A stretch of DNA of 64,000 nucleotides from Octopus sinensis (lineage: Eukaryota). The DNA lies in the NCBI RefSeq assembly GCF_006345805.1, contig NC_043007.1, forward strand, positions 76,694,001-76,758,000, in the 5' to 3' direction. Shown here in pieces: positions 36,771-50,020 of the stretch. Numbering within the stretch: position 1 is the first letter of the stretch; the number at the start of each line of letters is the position of its first letter. The notes beneath the pieces are model-generated. The model was not told the origin of the DNA. It ran no database searches and saw nothing but the letters and a program-made list of their open reading frames with translations. The position numbers and the translations under genes are program-made.

Positions 36771-38394
36771 AGCAAACTTCAGTCTCCTTTTGGTAAGGCA
36801 TATACATCACAGCATCTTGTTTCCTCCTACTCTTCCTCCTCCTCCTCATCATCATCATCATTTCATGTTTGTTTTCCATGCCTGAAATTTAAGGTTTTTA
36901 CCTAGACTTACCCAAGTATTTTTGAAATAAAATATATGTTGTGACTGACTAAAGAGAAAAAAAAAAAACCCAGATATTAACTGAATGCTGTTAATTTCTG
37001 CTCCAATCTGAAGCCTAAAATTCATTTCAGTAATAATTTCATTATTGAGTGTAGGGAATAATTTTTCTTCCATAAATACACTATATACTAATAACAGGGT
37101 GGGGGAATGACTTTGTGGGTAATTTATCAGCTCCTGTATCTTTTAGACATTTGAATGCATTTCAATTCATATATGTAAAAATGCACAATATCTTTTAAGA
37201 GTGTTTCTTGCAATTGAGTTTTGTCTTATCCAGAGGAATTTGTGTATCTTCCATTCCTTACTATATCCAAAATCTGAAACCCTAACTTTGAATTTATTGA
37301 GCATCTCTATTTAATAATGAATTGATTAAAACATTTTAAGTGAAATTTCTTAGTGTATATTTCGTTTTTGAGAGAAAAGTTTGCAAGATGCAACAAAAAT
37401 TTTAGGAAAATAAAAGTAAGTGGAAATTTTACCGGTGAGTGTGTTACATTATAAGGCACAAAAAGAAAATGACTCTCCCCAGACACAACAGAATCTTAGT
37501 GTATAGTTCTCTGAAAATACATTTGCATTACTCTGTATAATGTTTTTATAATTCCATTGAGGTTAAGCCTGTGAAGGCAATGCATTGATCAGTTATTCTA
37601 GATATAAATCAGCTAGGCCTACTCATATGCTTGGGGGTGTTAAAAAGATCTAGAAACTATATCCACTGAAACATAGAAACATCATTCCCTGTATTTGATT
37701 ACTTTATTGAATTGTATTTTTGGTGTTGTACAATCTTCCATTAAAATCTTTATTTGTTATCTTTTAATACCCAAGAGAAATGTTAACGAAAATTATTGAT
37801 TTCTATTTATAACATTATATAGCACGTTGTAATAAATATTTTCAAATAGTAAGAAGTGGTCCTTTTAACTTGTAACTGTTTGGTTTAGTTAATGTTCTAT
37901 ATAAAGCAATTTTCATCCACTCTGCGACTGCTTGAAAGTGTTTCCAATATAAGTATAGGTCTTTTTTGTTGTTGCTTATATTACCTTGAGAAAAGTAGTT
38001 TCATCCTCATAATCATTGGCTTTACAATCACCAGTTTATTGTCAATGCACTTCACTCTGCATATATTGGAACATATATATAGTCTTGTTGATAGCTGAAT
38101 TGTTTGAACAAATTGTTGCATCTTGAATTTCTTATAATCCATTTTGATTGAATAAAGTTTTGTAAGCTGATACATTGATAGTTCTTTCTGTCTCTGTCTC
38201 TTGTTTTCTGAATGTGTTCCAAGGATTATCATTTTTAAATACATTAATTCTTGAGTTGTACTTGTTTGACTAGTGATTTGAATTGAGATCATGTGTTGAA
38301 ACTGAAACAGTTGCATTGTAGTAGTCATTGTAACCATAAAAATACAGATATACTTATATTAATTTTATTATCATTTTGTAATAATAAAAATTTA

Positions 38395-38610
38395 TAACAT
38401 AGGCACAAGGCCAGGAATTTGGGAGGAGAGAACAGTTGATTTTATCAAAGCCAATATTTAACCCAATATAAAATATATTCAGTATTTATCAAACCTTGAA
38501 GGATGAACAGTGAATTTAACCTTAACAAGATTTAAAGTCAGAATGTAAAGAACTTTAAGAAACACTGCAAAGCATTTTGTTCATTACCCTACTAGTTCTT
38601 TCATTTCATT
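38395..38610 (-). mobile_element. SINE family B, decayed
   Basis: ggcacaaggccag...aaggatgaa...aagcattttg blocks. Confidence 0.65.
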
Positions 38611-38639
38611 GCCCAATTCATTCCATTCATCAACATCAG

Positions 38640-38892
38640 CCCCTGGACATTACTGTTGTGAGTCCTAGGACTCATAGCAATGGTTATCTGGTTTGCATGG
38701 CATATACATGACTGAGATCATAACATTTCTCTTGAACAGGATGCAAGTCCATTGCAGAGTTGCTCATTTATAACTGAGTAGACTAGAGCAACAAGAAATG
38801 CTTTGCTCAAGAACACAACACTCCACCCTGTTTGGGAATTAAATCCATTATCTTGAGTGCAACAACTTAACCGCTAAGCCATGTGCCTTCAC
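38640..38892 (-). mobile_element. tRNA-derived SINE related to 7661-7860
   Basis: The reverse complement begins gtgaaggcacatggcttagcggtta and carries gctctagtctactcag, shared with the 7661 copy. Confidence 0.7.
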
Positions 38893-39572
38893 TTCATTCA
38901 TTCCATTGCTTGGGTATCAAATAATTTTCTCATACTTCTACAGTTTGGTCAATCTGACCAAGCATTACCTAAGTTATTATTGTAACCTATTTTTGCAAAT
39001 CAATAATTCTCTGCACCTCCCTTTAAATAAGATCAAGGAGAAGTATTCCACAGTATTGTATGCAGCAAATGTTGTATTGTAGCCCTTACTCCTATGGCTT
39101 GTTGTATAATATATGCATGAGCATTTTACATTTTCTGAATATTTCAAAAGTTGAGGAGTTTTCCTTTGACACTTCAGAACTCTGCCACAGCCCAGTTTGA
39201 GTTGTGATTCATATGCTAGGAGCTAACTATTCTTTAATTTTTTCTCAACCATTGCTTCTTGAACATTCTGAATATAATTCCTAAAAACCAATGGATATGG
39301 AGAAAGAGAGAGAGAGTCTCTTTCTCTCTCTCTATCTTTCTCAGACACACACAACATTATTAACTCTCATTTACTGCTATCACTTATTTCAGCCTTTTAT
39401 GTTTTTCATTTTCTGTGGCCAGTTTATCTCTAAATCTGAGTAAAAATTCATCTAATTATAACATTGACTGATCTCACTCAAGCAAAGCATAGCAACTCAA
39501 TAAAACTGTCCATCACAAAATGTTTGATATGTTTTTCTTGGTATTAAAAGCTGTTTTCTTTTTCTTTTCTAG

Positions 39573-39671
39573 GTAAATCTTTAAATGGATTTATTGAAAA
39601 TGTCCCTTGGCATATTACACCAGATTACCTTGTCCCAACGTTAGGACATTTTACAACCCTTAGCAGTCTAG
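39573..39671 (+). CDS. Internal coding exon (99 nt, phase 1-1) of an unidentified host gene: (G)KSLNGFIENVPWHITPDYLVPTLGHFTTLSSL
   Basis: Acceptor ctgttttctttttcttttctAG and donor AG|GTAAGT. Only one of three frames is open, length is a multiple of 3, and I see no resemblance to repeats in this window. Confidence 0.6.
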
Positions 39672-41819
39672 GTAAGTGTAAAATCTGAATGAATGTCACT
39701 ATTTATTTTTTTTCTTCTTTGAAATGGTTTTTGAAGTATATATAAGGCTATAAATAATAGCATGTAAATATTGGATTGAAAGACTCTTTCTGATAGAAGA
39801 AGTCAGACTGCTTGTGGGACACAAACCTACATCTCTTGTAGATATAACAGGCATTTCACCATTGTACGAAACAGTCCTTTGAATTTATTGATTTTAGAAA
39901 CTTTATTTTTACCAGTGAGAATTCTGTGTTGTAGATAGGAATTTATAAACTTTCAAAAGGATGTGGATTAATTCTTATTTGGAATTGGTTCTGGAACTAC
40001 ATATAAAGCTATAAATAAAAATATGTAAATGTTAGGTTGAAAAACTGTTTGGGATAGAAAAAGTCAAAGGCTGAAAAAAGAATTATTCCATATTCCTTCA
40101 AAAGTTTATGGATTCTTATGATGCCAACGACTAAGACATCTTAATATGATCACAGTATAATGACAGGAATCAGTTATGGAGTATTCATCTATTGATAAGT
40201 TATATCTATACTATTATTATTTAGATTTTATAAGCATTTAAAATTTTCAAATTTTTACTCAAATTTCATTATATTTTTCTTGCATTTACATTAAATCATT
40301 CTTTCAGACCAGCATATAAACTAATTAATATTTTAAAATTCTTAATCAAAAGTATATATTTTTAAATTTTAGAATTTGTTTTTAAAAGAACTTAGACATT
40401 GTGCAGATTAACAAGTATTATTGTAAACATACAGGGATGTTTGCTGTCTGGAAATAGATTTGGTAGGCGTGAGAGGAATGGAAGTGAAACAAATTAACAT
40501 CTCTGCTAAAAAAATATACTTTGGGTGGTAAAATCTTATCTTAAGTATATTCTGTCATTTATTTATTACACATTTAATATGAAATCAAATCCCAAAGAAA
40601 GAGCTCAGCTAAAATTTTTGTAAAGATTTTCACATAACATCTTAAAATGAGGATTTTAGAGAAATAAACATACTAATTCAGTCATAACTTTGTATTATTC
40701 TAGAGAAAGATGACTTTAGTTCAGTTCCAACTTGAGATTAGTTTTCATTATGTTTTTGATATAAATATTGGATTATTTTTTAATATATTTCACTGCTTAA
40801 AAAAATGGGAGTCAGATTGATTTAAAGGTTAATTCTAATTGGATTAAGCATGTTTATAACTCCATTTCAAATATGAAATGCAAAGTTCTTAAGTTTTAGA
40901 TAATCTCAGAATTTAGTTAAATGAAATTTTAACTTATTGGTTAGCAAATAACAAAATAGTTTCAATTTCAGTTAATCTAATATATAGAAAGGTAACTGAA
41001 ATATTGTTCTGGAACATGGTAGCTATTTAGTCTTTTGACCATCCATCATTTGTCCACTGATCATTTAGTCATTTGACCAGTAAAAACGTGCCTTGAATTG
41101 TTAATTTAACAACTGTTTTATTATACAGGAGTAAGTTTATGGCTCTTCCTCTGCTCACATATTGTGTATGTAGTACACTGTTAGAACAAAATGTTGGGAA
41201 ACTTTTCTATGCTGGGTGGCTTTGGAGTATTGTGAAAAAGAGCTTTTCAGTATCAGATGTTTGTATTCTCTGTTTGACTACTTGTAATTAGAAATGTCTA
41301 ATAGTCAGATGTTTGTATTATGATGAAATAGCTTTATTAACTTCAGTGGAGCTGAGAATGGGGATTTTCAACTTTCGTTTTTCTCTCTGGGACATGGTAG
41401 TTGTTAAGTAAAGGGAAATTTGTAGCCAAATTGATTAATCTACTGCACATCTGTGTTATCCATGCCAACATAAAGTGTAATGTCACTAGCTTCTTTCTAC
41501 TTAAAGTAAAATTATTATTATTATTATTACTTTCATTAGCATCTTCTTTCAATTCTGTTTTCATTTCTTGCCAAGTGTCCTTCTGACACCTAGGGTAGAG
41601 AAACATACTGTATACATTGGTAGGCCATTAAAATAAACACACTAGATTGTTCATTTACAAAGTCATGTGATAGAGAAAAATGAAAAAATAAAAAATGAAA
41701 AAAGTAAACATAATAAAGTGGGGTAAAAAGGAAAGAAAATTCATGACAGTGCTCTTCTCAATACGTGTGACATACCAGTTAAGACACAGTTGAGTCAAGG
41801 TTCAAAATGAAACCCTCAA

Positions 41820-42275
41820 CTTTGAAAGGTGCTTGAAAACTCTATGGCCAGATTGTATCCATGGCTTAAGTTTTCCACATACAAAAGTCTTCATCAAATT
41901 CAGAAAGATATTGTGTGACACTTGCAAATGATGTATAGTTTGAAGAAGTCATAGAAGATAACGTGGTTGAGTTACTGTTGCTCTGTAAAGTTTACCTAAT
42001 GAGGAGCTGATGCTTTTAGAAAAGAGCAAACTGTAAATACAGATGAGAATACAGAAATTCCTTAACTCCACTTAAATTGATTGTAAAGAATATTGCTAAA
42101 AGAGTGGTACTTAAAGTGGAAGGTCTGCAAATTTTTGCTGATAACAATCTTAATTGTGAACATAACATGAAAATTACTGGAGGAGTTTACAATGAACTCA
42201 ATTACTACACTGAGCTGTACAAAGAGATGATACATCATAAACACCAAACACTTTTGGATATATTCTTCATCCACC
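41820..42275 (+). mobile_element. pogo/Tigger-family transposase C-terminal remnant
   Basis: Decayed (W)KTLWPDCIHG...NEELMLLE...EGLQIFADNNLNCEHNMKITGGV..ELYKEMIHHKHQTLLDIFF resembles the Tigger C-terminus. Confidence 0.65.
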
Positions 42276-42900
42276 CCAAGTTGAGGTTGATGATGATCTG
42301 TAAGATAAAAGATAGTCCCTCATGAAAAACCAATAGGAAATTGATTTCATGTTAAGTTGAGATTTTGATGAACTCATTACACCATATCATGAGGGATTCC
42401 TATATTTTAGTACAAGTTTTTTTGCCCCTTCCCTCAATATATGCCTTATTTTGATCCTGCATATTAATTTTCCAGTGTTAAGATGTCATCAGTCATTTGA
42501 GAAGTTTCTCTTCATTGCATTATCCAGTTAAACAATACAGTAATTAGTAAAACATGCTCATTAATCACGGTGTTAATGTTTCTGTTTATATTTATGAAAT
42601 CCTGCAGTTTAAAAAAATTTTTTTTTTGTTTAGTCATAAATGATAAATTTCCTGTTATCATTTCCATTCATATTCTTACAGCCATTGTAATTCTATATTG
42701 TGGTGTCATATTCTATCTAGTAAAATAATCTTGTGATTTAAATTCGTCACTGACAGTTTAAGAGTTTGATTGCAAAATTAGAACAGATAAATTTGCTTCT
42801 AGATGAACTATTCTACTTCATAATGCAGACTCTTAATATTGTTTTGGTTGTAGCATTAATTTTTTGATAAAAATTTTTGTGGCTGAATTGAGAATAACCA

Positions 42901-43512
42901 TACAGATATTGGTTCAAATTTGGCACATCCAGTAATTTCAAGGAAAGGGGTAAATTGATTACATTGACACTAGTACTTAACTGGTACTTATTTTATTGAC
43001 TTTGAAAAGATGAAAAGGTAAGTTGACCTTGGCAGAATTTGAACTCAGAACATAAAGACAGATGAAATGCCACTAAGTGTTTAGCCTGGCATGCTACCAA
43101 TTCTGCCAGCTTGCCACTTTACAGATATTGGTTTTAAATTTTGGCTCAAGGCCAGCAAGTTTTGGAGAGGGTAGAGTAAGTCGATTACATCGACCCAAGT
43201 GCTTCACTAGTACTTATTTTATCATCCCCAAAAAGGGAATTTGAAATCGGAACATAAAGACAGATGAAAAGCAGCTAAGCATTTTCCCCAGTGTGCTAAT
43301 GATTTTGCCAGCTTGGTGCCTTAAATATTGGTTTCAAATTTTGCCAGAAATTTCAAGGGAAAGGATAAATCAATTACATTGATCCCAGTGCTCAACTGGT
43401 ACTTATTTTATTGACCCTGAAAGGATGAAAGGCAAAGTTGAACTCAGAATATAAGACGGATGCCACTATGCATTTTGCCCAGCATCCTAAGAATTCTGCC
43501 AGCTTGCTTCTT
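42901..43512 (-). mobile_element. Three head-to-tail copies of SINE family B
   Basis: Units at about 42901-43120, 43121-43322 and 43323-43512, each starting atattgg(t)ttcaaattt and ending gccagcttg. Confidence 0.85.
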
Positions 43513-45574
43513 TACATAAAGATATTGATAGTCAGAAAGCATGCTTAACAAGATGGGCAGTTGTTTTGATATATATTATCTTCTTTAAAGCTGTTGATTT
43601 GTCTCTTCATTTAGAATAACTTGTGAGTCAGTGGTGAAACTTGAGATTGGGCATACTTTCATATTCAGTGTATCATAAAAGGATCCTATTTTTCTTTTTC
43701 TTTTGTTTTTTGTGGTTATCAATAAGAAAAAGATTGTTCACTTATTATTGAATCTACTCTCTGTAACTTCATCCTCAATGTTTTTTGTCTTTAAATAATT
43801 TATTTAGTTTACAGTGCTCTCATGGTACTGAGGTTTTGGTTATAATTTTGAAAGATCAAATTGTGTTCAAAAGTCTATGTGTATGAAGCATTAATGTACT
43901 CAGTTCTTTGCTATGGTGATAGGTTTTGTTTTCTAGAACTGTTTCTGCAGTCTGTAGATGTTTGACAGCTGGAATCTTAGAAGATTGTGTTTTCCTCAGT
44001 GGCTGAGTGCAAGTGTACAATCTTTTTGCATATTGTAAAATTGCTCAGTGTCTGTCAGAACACTCATCAATATTCAGAGCCCACAATCTTTACTATTTGA
44101 TCATGTGTGTCAGTCATTCAAACCCAGCTGCAACAGCTTGGTCAGCAAACAATATGACTACATGATGACAAATATCTTTGGTTTAACTCTCTCAACTTTG
44201 CTAATATAATGCAAAATTCTCTTCCAATTGGGTTTGAGCTGACCAATGACACAGGACAGGAGGTGATAGAAATTGCCAATTGCCAGACAGTTTCAGCTGG
44301 AGAACTGTTAAATGAGTCTATGAGGTAAATGTTAATAAATGTACATTTAATTTGGTTATTTGAATACATTTAGTACTGTAGGTTTTATTAATTAAAGTTT
44401 AAAAATGTTTCTGATAGTTTGTTTGTATTTAGATTCATAGTATATTATATTTGATTTGATTTCTTCTTTGCTGGTTCATGAAACTTAAGACATAGGCAAA
44501 TTGTTATATTATACAGTAGCAGTTTTCTTACTATCAGAGACAGTGTCATTAAGATTGGCTATAACCTGTTTGAATGCTAAAGAGTTAAAAAAAAGGGAAT
44601 AACTGGAAAGTGAAATTTGTGTAACTGATTTACAGCAATCAATAATCTGCTTCCTCGTGTAGTCTAGTTGGTACAATGCAGGGCATTAGTCCATTGTCAT
44701 GCTACACAAGATTTTGCCATAATTCTGTTCTGTTCCTATGGTGACATTCTGTAGTTTGAGGGTGAGGTAGGAGTGATAACCTACCTTATCTTGGACATGG
44801 GAGAGTAACTGCTAAATGAAACAGATAACCAGTCTTGTATTTCACTTTACATTAATATTTACTGACACTAATGTAATTATGTAGCTCCTTCTAGCCTCTG
44901 CCTGCCATATCACACTGTAACATTACATCTATCTTTACAACTGTTTTCTATAGTTTTAATTATTGCCTCTCCTTTTCTTGTTTTCTTCCTTTATTTCTTG
45001 TTTCTGTTGTGTGTTTGCGAGGAGGGAATTCTCTTCATAATGAATACGCATTTCTAAATGTTAAGCACCATGTTCTTGTTCCAAAATTGAAATTCTGTTG
45101 TTTACCAACTTCTTTTTTCATTGCTTCAGGAACTTTTTCAAAAGCCGTTTTCCAATTTCAACAATAGAAAAGTCCTATGTATTTTGGAAATAACAACTCT
45201 GTGTATGTTACAGACAACATTTAACCATGTCTCTGTGTATCTTTACACCATAGACTTTGCTAAATCAAAAATAGACCTTGTCAATGTGCTTAAGTAATTT
45301 TGATTATGCAGTATTTATAGTTCTTGTCGCAGCAAATAACTTTGCTGTAATGGCAAGCTCCTATTGAACTGATTACACTAAAATTAGCTTTCATTTATTA
45401 TGGAAGCCATTTCATTAATAATGTTATTGGTAAATAAATTCCACAACTTTCTGTTTCACTCCTCTGTGTGAGAAATAAACAGTTACTATTTTAATATCAT
45501 TTATCAGTAAAGATGTTTATCTTGACTACTTTTTTTGATTAGTCTTTTTACTTTCGTTTTTTTTTCTGCTTTTA

Positions 45575-45769
45575 CTTGTTTCAATAATTGGATTGTGGCC
45601 ATGCTAAGGCACCACCTTAAAAGCACATATTTAAACAAATCGATCCCAATACTTATTTTTAAGTCTGGTATTTATTCTATTGGTCTCTTTTGCTGAATCA
45701 TTAAGTTGTGGGGACATAAATAAACCAACACTGGTCGTCAAGCTGTAGTGGGGGACAAACAAAAATATA

Positions 45770-45817
<48 letters not shown>

Positions 45818-45950
45818 ATATATGCATATATGACAGGCTATATATAGACACTTTCTGCCTACCTAATTTACTCATAAAGCATTGGTTGAGTTAGGGATGT
45901 AGTAGAAGACACTTACCCAAAGTACTGTACAGTGGGACTTGAACACAGTG
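45575..45950 (-). mobile_element. SINE family A with internal (TA)n expansion
   Basis: Colinear with 18862-19256. Confidence 0.75.
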
Positions 45951-46772
45951 ACATGAAATATTTATTTATTTATTTTAATTGAAACTGTTACAATATTTAG
46001 GATAATATGGTCATGAGATTAGACAATGTTTATATTTCATTCCAAATTGTCCCTTTCACTTTTATTAATATAGATGTATTAATAAAAGTAAAATTCTGTC
46101 TGTCTGGGACCCCTGTATCTCAGTCTACATTTGCTCTACATGGATATATACCTTTTTAGAATCAGGATGATCCCAGGATTGAAAATCCGCCCTTCATTTG
46201 GTTCTTGAACATCCAGCATTGAGATCTGATTTAAAAGCATTTGAGTTGTTATTTCTTGTAGGTAAAGCTTGGCTGATTCATGCCATCTTGCTTGGCATTT
46301 GTCAGATGATGTCAGAGGTCAAGGGGGAGATAAATGAAATTTGCTTTGTTAGAGATAAGAACTTTGGGACAGCTTGGCCAACAGTTGGAATTAACTTGGA
46401 ATTGGAACAATAGAATGATTTGCATTACAGAATTAATTCTATCATATCCTTAACATCTGATCAAACACCACCAGGGCATATAGATCATTATAGATATATT
46501 ATAGCCATGCTATTTAACTCTCTTTAGTTTTGGACTGCAGGCCCAGTTAGCCCTCTGTAGGAGTTAGCTTAAAAGTCTGCACAGAGAGAGGCTTTTAAAT
46601 TAGTTCAAAATAAAAGTGATTTTACTGAATCTATTCCATATTGATTTTGAAAATGCTATGAAACATACAAGTGTTTCCTTTGTTAGAAATATGGTAAAGC
46701 AATATTAGTATTACAAGAAACAGATATTATTATTTCTAAATCTCTCAAAGAGAGACATTCAGTAACAATTCC

Positions 46773-46912
46773 TTAAAGTAAAGGCTATTTGCCAACATAA
46801 TATGGCTGTCCTGAAAGGGATGATGTTACTGCTGTTTTAGCCCCAAGAAACAACAGTAGCATCGTCCCTTTTGGGACAGCCACATTATGTTGGCAAATAG
46901 CCTTTACTTTAA
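46773..46912. mobile_element. Palindromic (fold-back) MITE flanked by TTAA
   Basis: About 60-bp arms are near-perfect reverse complements (agtaaaggctatttgccaacataat... / ...attatgttggcaaatagcctttact). Confidence 0.8.
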
Positions 46913-49624
46913 TATTACAAGAACTAACCTTATAAGATGCTGTGGTTTATGAAAAGATAAACTAGCTAGTGACTGTAATAAATTCAAAGAAAAGTACTGA
47001 TTAGAATGCAAAGCTACCATTTTTCTATGTTCTAATATAGGTAGTAAGTAATAAAATCAACAAGTAAAACTTTAAATTCAAAACTACCTAGTTTCTAATT
47101 GTAATTTGCTGATGAACTGATGCATTGAGACCAGGCAAATAGATCCCCTCCCCCAGATCCTTATAACTTTTGTTATCTACTATGTGTGTGTGTGTGTGTG
47201 TGTGTGTGAATCCTTGCATTGCACATCTGGAAGTTTTGCTGTGATATGGTATTCCATATGACAGGATATAATTTTCCCATTGTCTTGTTACATTGAGAAC
47301 AAATTTGAAAATTAGCTTTTCATTATGGAATGTAATGTTTGTCATACAAGGAAGGGATGTTGAATTTTTGTCTTTTCCTATTGTGTCCGCTCCACTCCCT
47401 CCCCATGCATACATGTTTCTGTACAGTTTTTATGAACCAAATTTTTCAAGCCATTCTTCAGCCTCAGGCTATAGTAGAAGACACCTGTTCAGAGAGCCTG
47501 CACAGTGGGATCGAATCGGAATATCCACACAGCTCACTTTCTCCCTGACATCCTTAATAGAATTGCAGAATTACATTGTAATAATTTTTTTATACCAATC
47601 TTTTGGATTATGTTGTCAAAACAGATTTGTATGAATTACTTAATTGCTCTACTTTATCACAACTGTCAAATATTTTCTGAACTTGTCTCTTCACTGCATC
47701 AGTTGGAACTGTTCAGTTCTTTTTGTATATTGATCCTTTTTGTAACTATTATTAAAGAATCTTGCTTCTTTCCTCTCCTACTCCTCTATCTCCTTTGTCT
47801 CTGTTTTTCTCTTCTCCTTTACTTCTCATTTTTTTCATCCCTCCCTCTCTCTTATCTCTGTTAAATGTTAATTTAAAATTTCAGGCCATTCTATTGACAA
47901 TTATTTCACTTTTTATTAAATTTGTTTTGTTCTCTAGTATTTTGTGGTGAATAATATTTTTCAAGATACATTCAGTTAGATTTCCAACTATTAACATATT
48001 TAATTGTATGTTTCAAATAACATCAGTTCATATCAGCAATTAGCTTAATTTGATAGCACTATTCTTGATTAGCTTTTTCCAAGAATTTGGCATAGTTGCT
48101 ATTTTATTCATACACATTAGTGCACATATAAGCTGTAACCATAACTTTTGACTCTCTAATTATGCAATACCAGCTTCAAAACAGTTAAGCTGAGGTTAAA
48201 CTAACTATAAATGATGAAGTTCAATCTTTCAATTATTTCAACCTAAAAGCCAAGTTGAAATAATCTCCTGGCTGTTTCCTTTACAAAAGAGTCTTCAAGG
48301 TAATTCTTACATTTTATTTTTACTCTTTCTGGTTTTTCTTCATTTAGGTCTATCTAAGCATTGATTCTGATAGAGAATTTTGATAGTTTTCATGGCCTAC
48401 CATTCCTGAAATGACAGCTTTTATCTTGACGCATTTGAAACTAAAAACTTTAATAAATAATGCACTTCTTTTAAAGCTTGATTCACTTTCAGATGTATGA
48501 AATAATATTTACATTTGGTTTTTAGTGCTCTCCTTAAAAGTAATATTTTATTTATTATCTAAGGTGGCAGTTTCTTTAGTTAGTTTAACAGATTTAATAT
48601 TCCACAGTCAGTTTGAAATGTAAGCTGCTAAAACTTCGCAGATATTATATGAATGTGACACTAACATTGTAGGTCCAGAGCAAATGCAAACTATTGTTTT
48701 CATTTGATATTTAAAATACAAGATTTTTGCAACACTTGTCCAGTTTTATGTGGAATTCATGCTCTGGCTATATTGATTATCTTATATGTGTATATTTGGA
48801 ATAGTTATCTTGTAGGTTACTACATTTTTGTTAAAACTCTGTTGGAGAAGAACTGACTACAGCTTCTCAATAGTAACAAAACTACTATAATTTCATAGAA
48901 TATTTTTTAGTTTTCTTATAATTGAAAGGAATGATCAACAACGAAGTACATTTTTATATTTTTCATGCTATTCCCATTTTAAGTAGGATGTCTGTGATAG
49001 TTTGTGTTGCAACAATTGCTTTTACTGCTGGATACCTTATCTATCTTATAGGACACTAACCACTATTGAATCTATATGTGCGTGTATTTCTTTTCTGTTT
49101 TTTATGCTTCTAATCATCTTACAAGACTATGGAAAGTCTTGCTTTGGTTTTGTTGATATAACCAACAGTACATATATGTTACAAATTAACTGTTCGAATC
49201 AACAATATATGTCAAAATTCAACCTTTTTCTTGAGAGAAGCAGTTATTATTTGTTTGAACTGAGAAATTTTAGGAATGTATGAATGTCACAACCATTAAG
49301 TTAGTTACTGAAAGATCATTGTGAACCAAGGAAAATTTCTGGAACTGTCAAGTCAAACTGTTTGCATAACAAAGAAAATCAAGGTAGCAAATTATAGATG
49401 TGAAGTTAAATCAACATTAAGAACAGATTGTTAAAATTCAAATGGACACTGCTTGTTGACTGAAGTGATAAACCAGAAAGTAAAACAGAATGTTACTGAA
49501 GATGTTTTTTATTTCTTTACAATGTTTCTCAGTGCTCCATGTTCTGTTTTGGCCAGGGAAAATATTTTCTGTACCAGATTTCTGAAAGTGAATGTAGTTT
49601 GCTCTGAACTTTTCTTCATGTCTT

Positions 49625-49822
49625 TTTTATCTGTTACTTGTTTCAGTCTTACGACTGCAGTCATGCTGAGACACTGTCTTGGAGGATTTAGTCAAGCAAA
49701 TTGACCCCAGTAGTTTTTTTTTAAGAGTTGTACTTTATCAGTCTCTTTGCCAAGCTGCTAAGTTATGGGGACGTAAACAAATCAGCACCAGCTGTCAAGC
49801 ATGATGGTGTGGTATAAGAATG

Positions 49823-49869
<47 letters not shown>

Positions 49870-50020
49870 TATGGCTTCCACACAGTTTTCATCTATCAAA
49901 TTCACTCACAGGGCATTGGTTGGCCTGGGGTTATAGTAGAAGACACTTGTTCAAAGTGTTGTGCAGTGGGACTGAACCCAAGACCATATTGTTGCAAAGT
50001 ATGCTTCTTAACCACATACA
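49625..50020 (-). mobile_element. SINE family A with internal (CA)n
   Basis: Colinear with 18862-19256. Confidence 0.75.

Noticed and set aside
44161-44324. Exon-like frame HDDKYLWF...GELLNESM with an AG|GTAAAT donor
   Set aside because: In-frame TGA at 44155 and no usable acceptor. The surrounding 43950-44330 looks like decayed, possibly integrase-like TE sequence that I cannot assign.
45130-45295. Strong acceptor followed by an open phase-0 frame (ELFQKPFSNF...) or a short phase-1 terminal peptide
   Set aside because: Frame and donor are ambiguous; not supportable without transcripts.
46198-46413. 71-aa ORF with an internal acceptor at 46260-61, phase-compatible with the exon at 39573
   Set aside because: No credible donor and no recognisable homology; may be the antisense of a decayed element.
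48348-48500. Strong acceptor after an apparent 48-nt intron
   Set aside because: All three frames stop within 12 codons, and the upstream exon lacks an acceptor.
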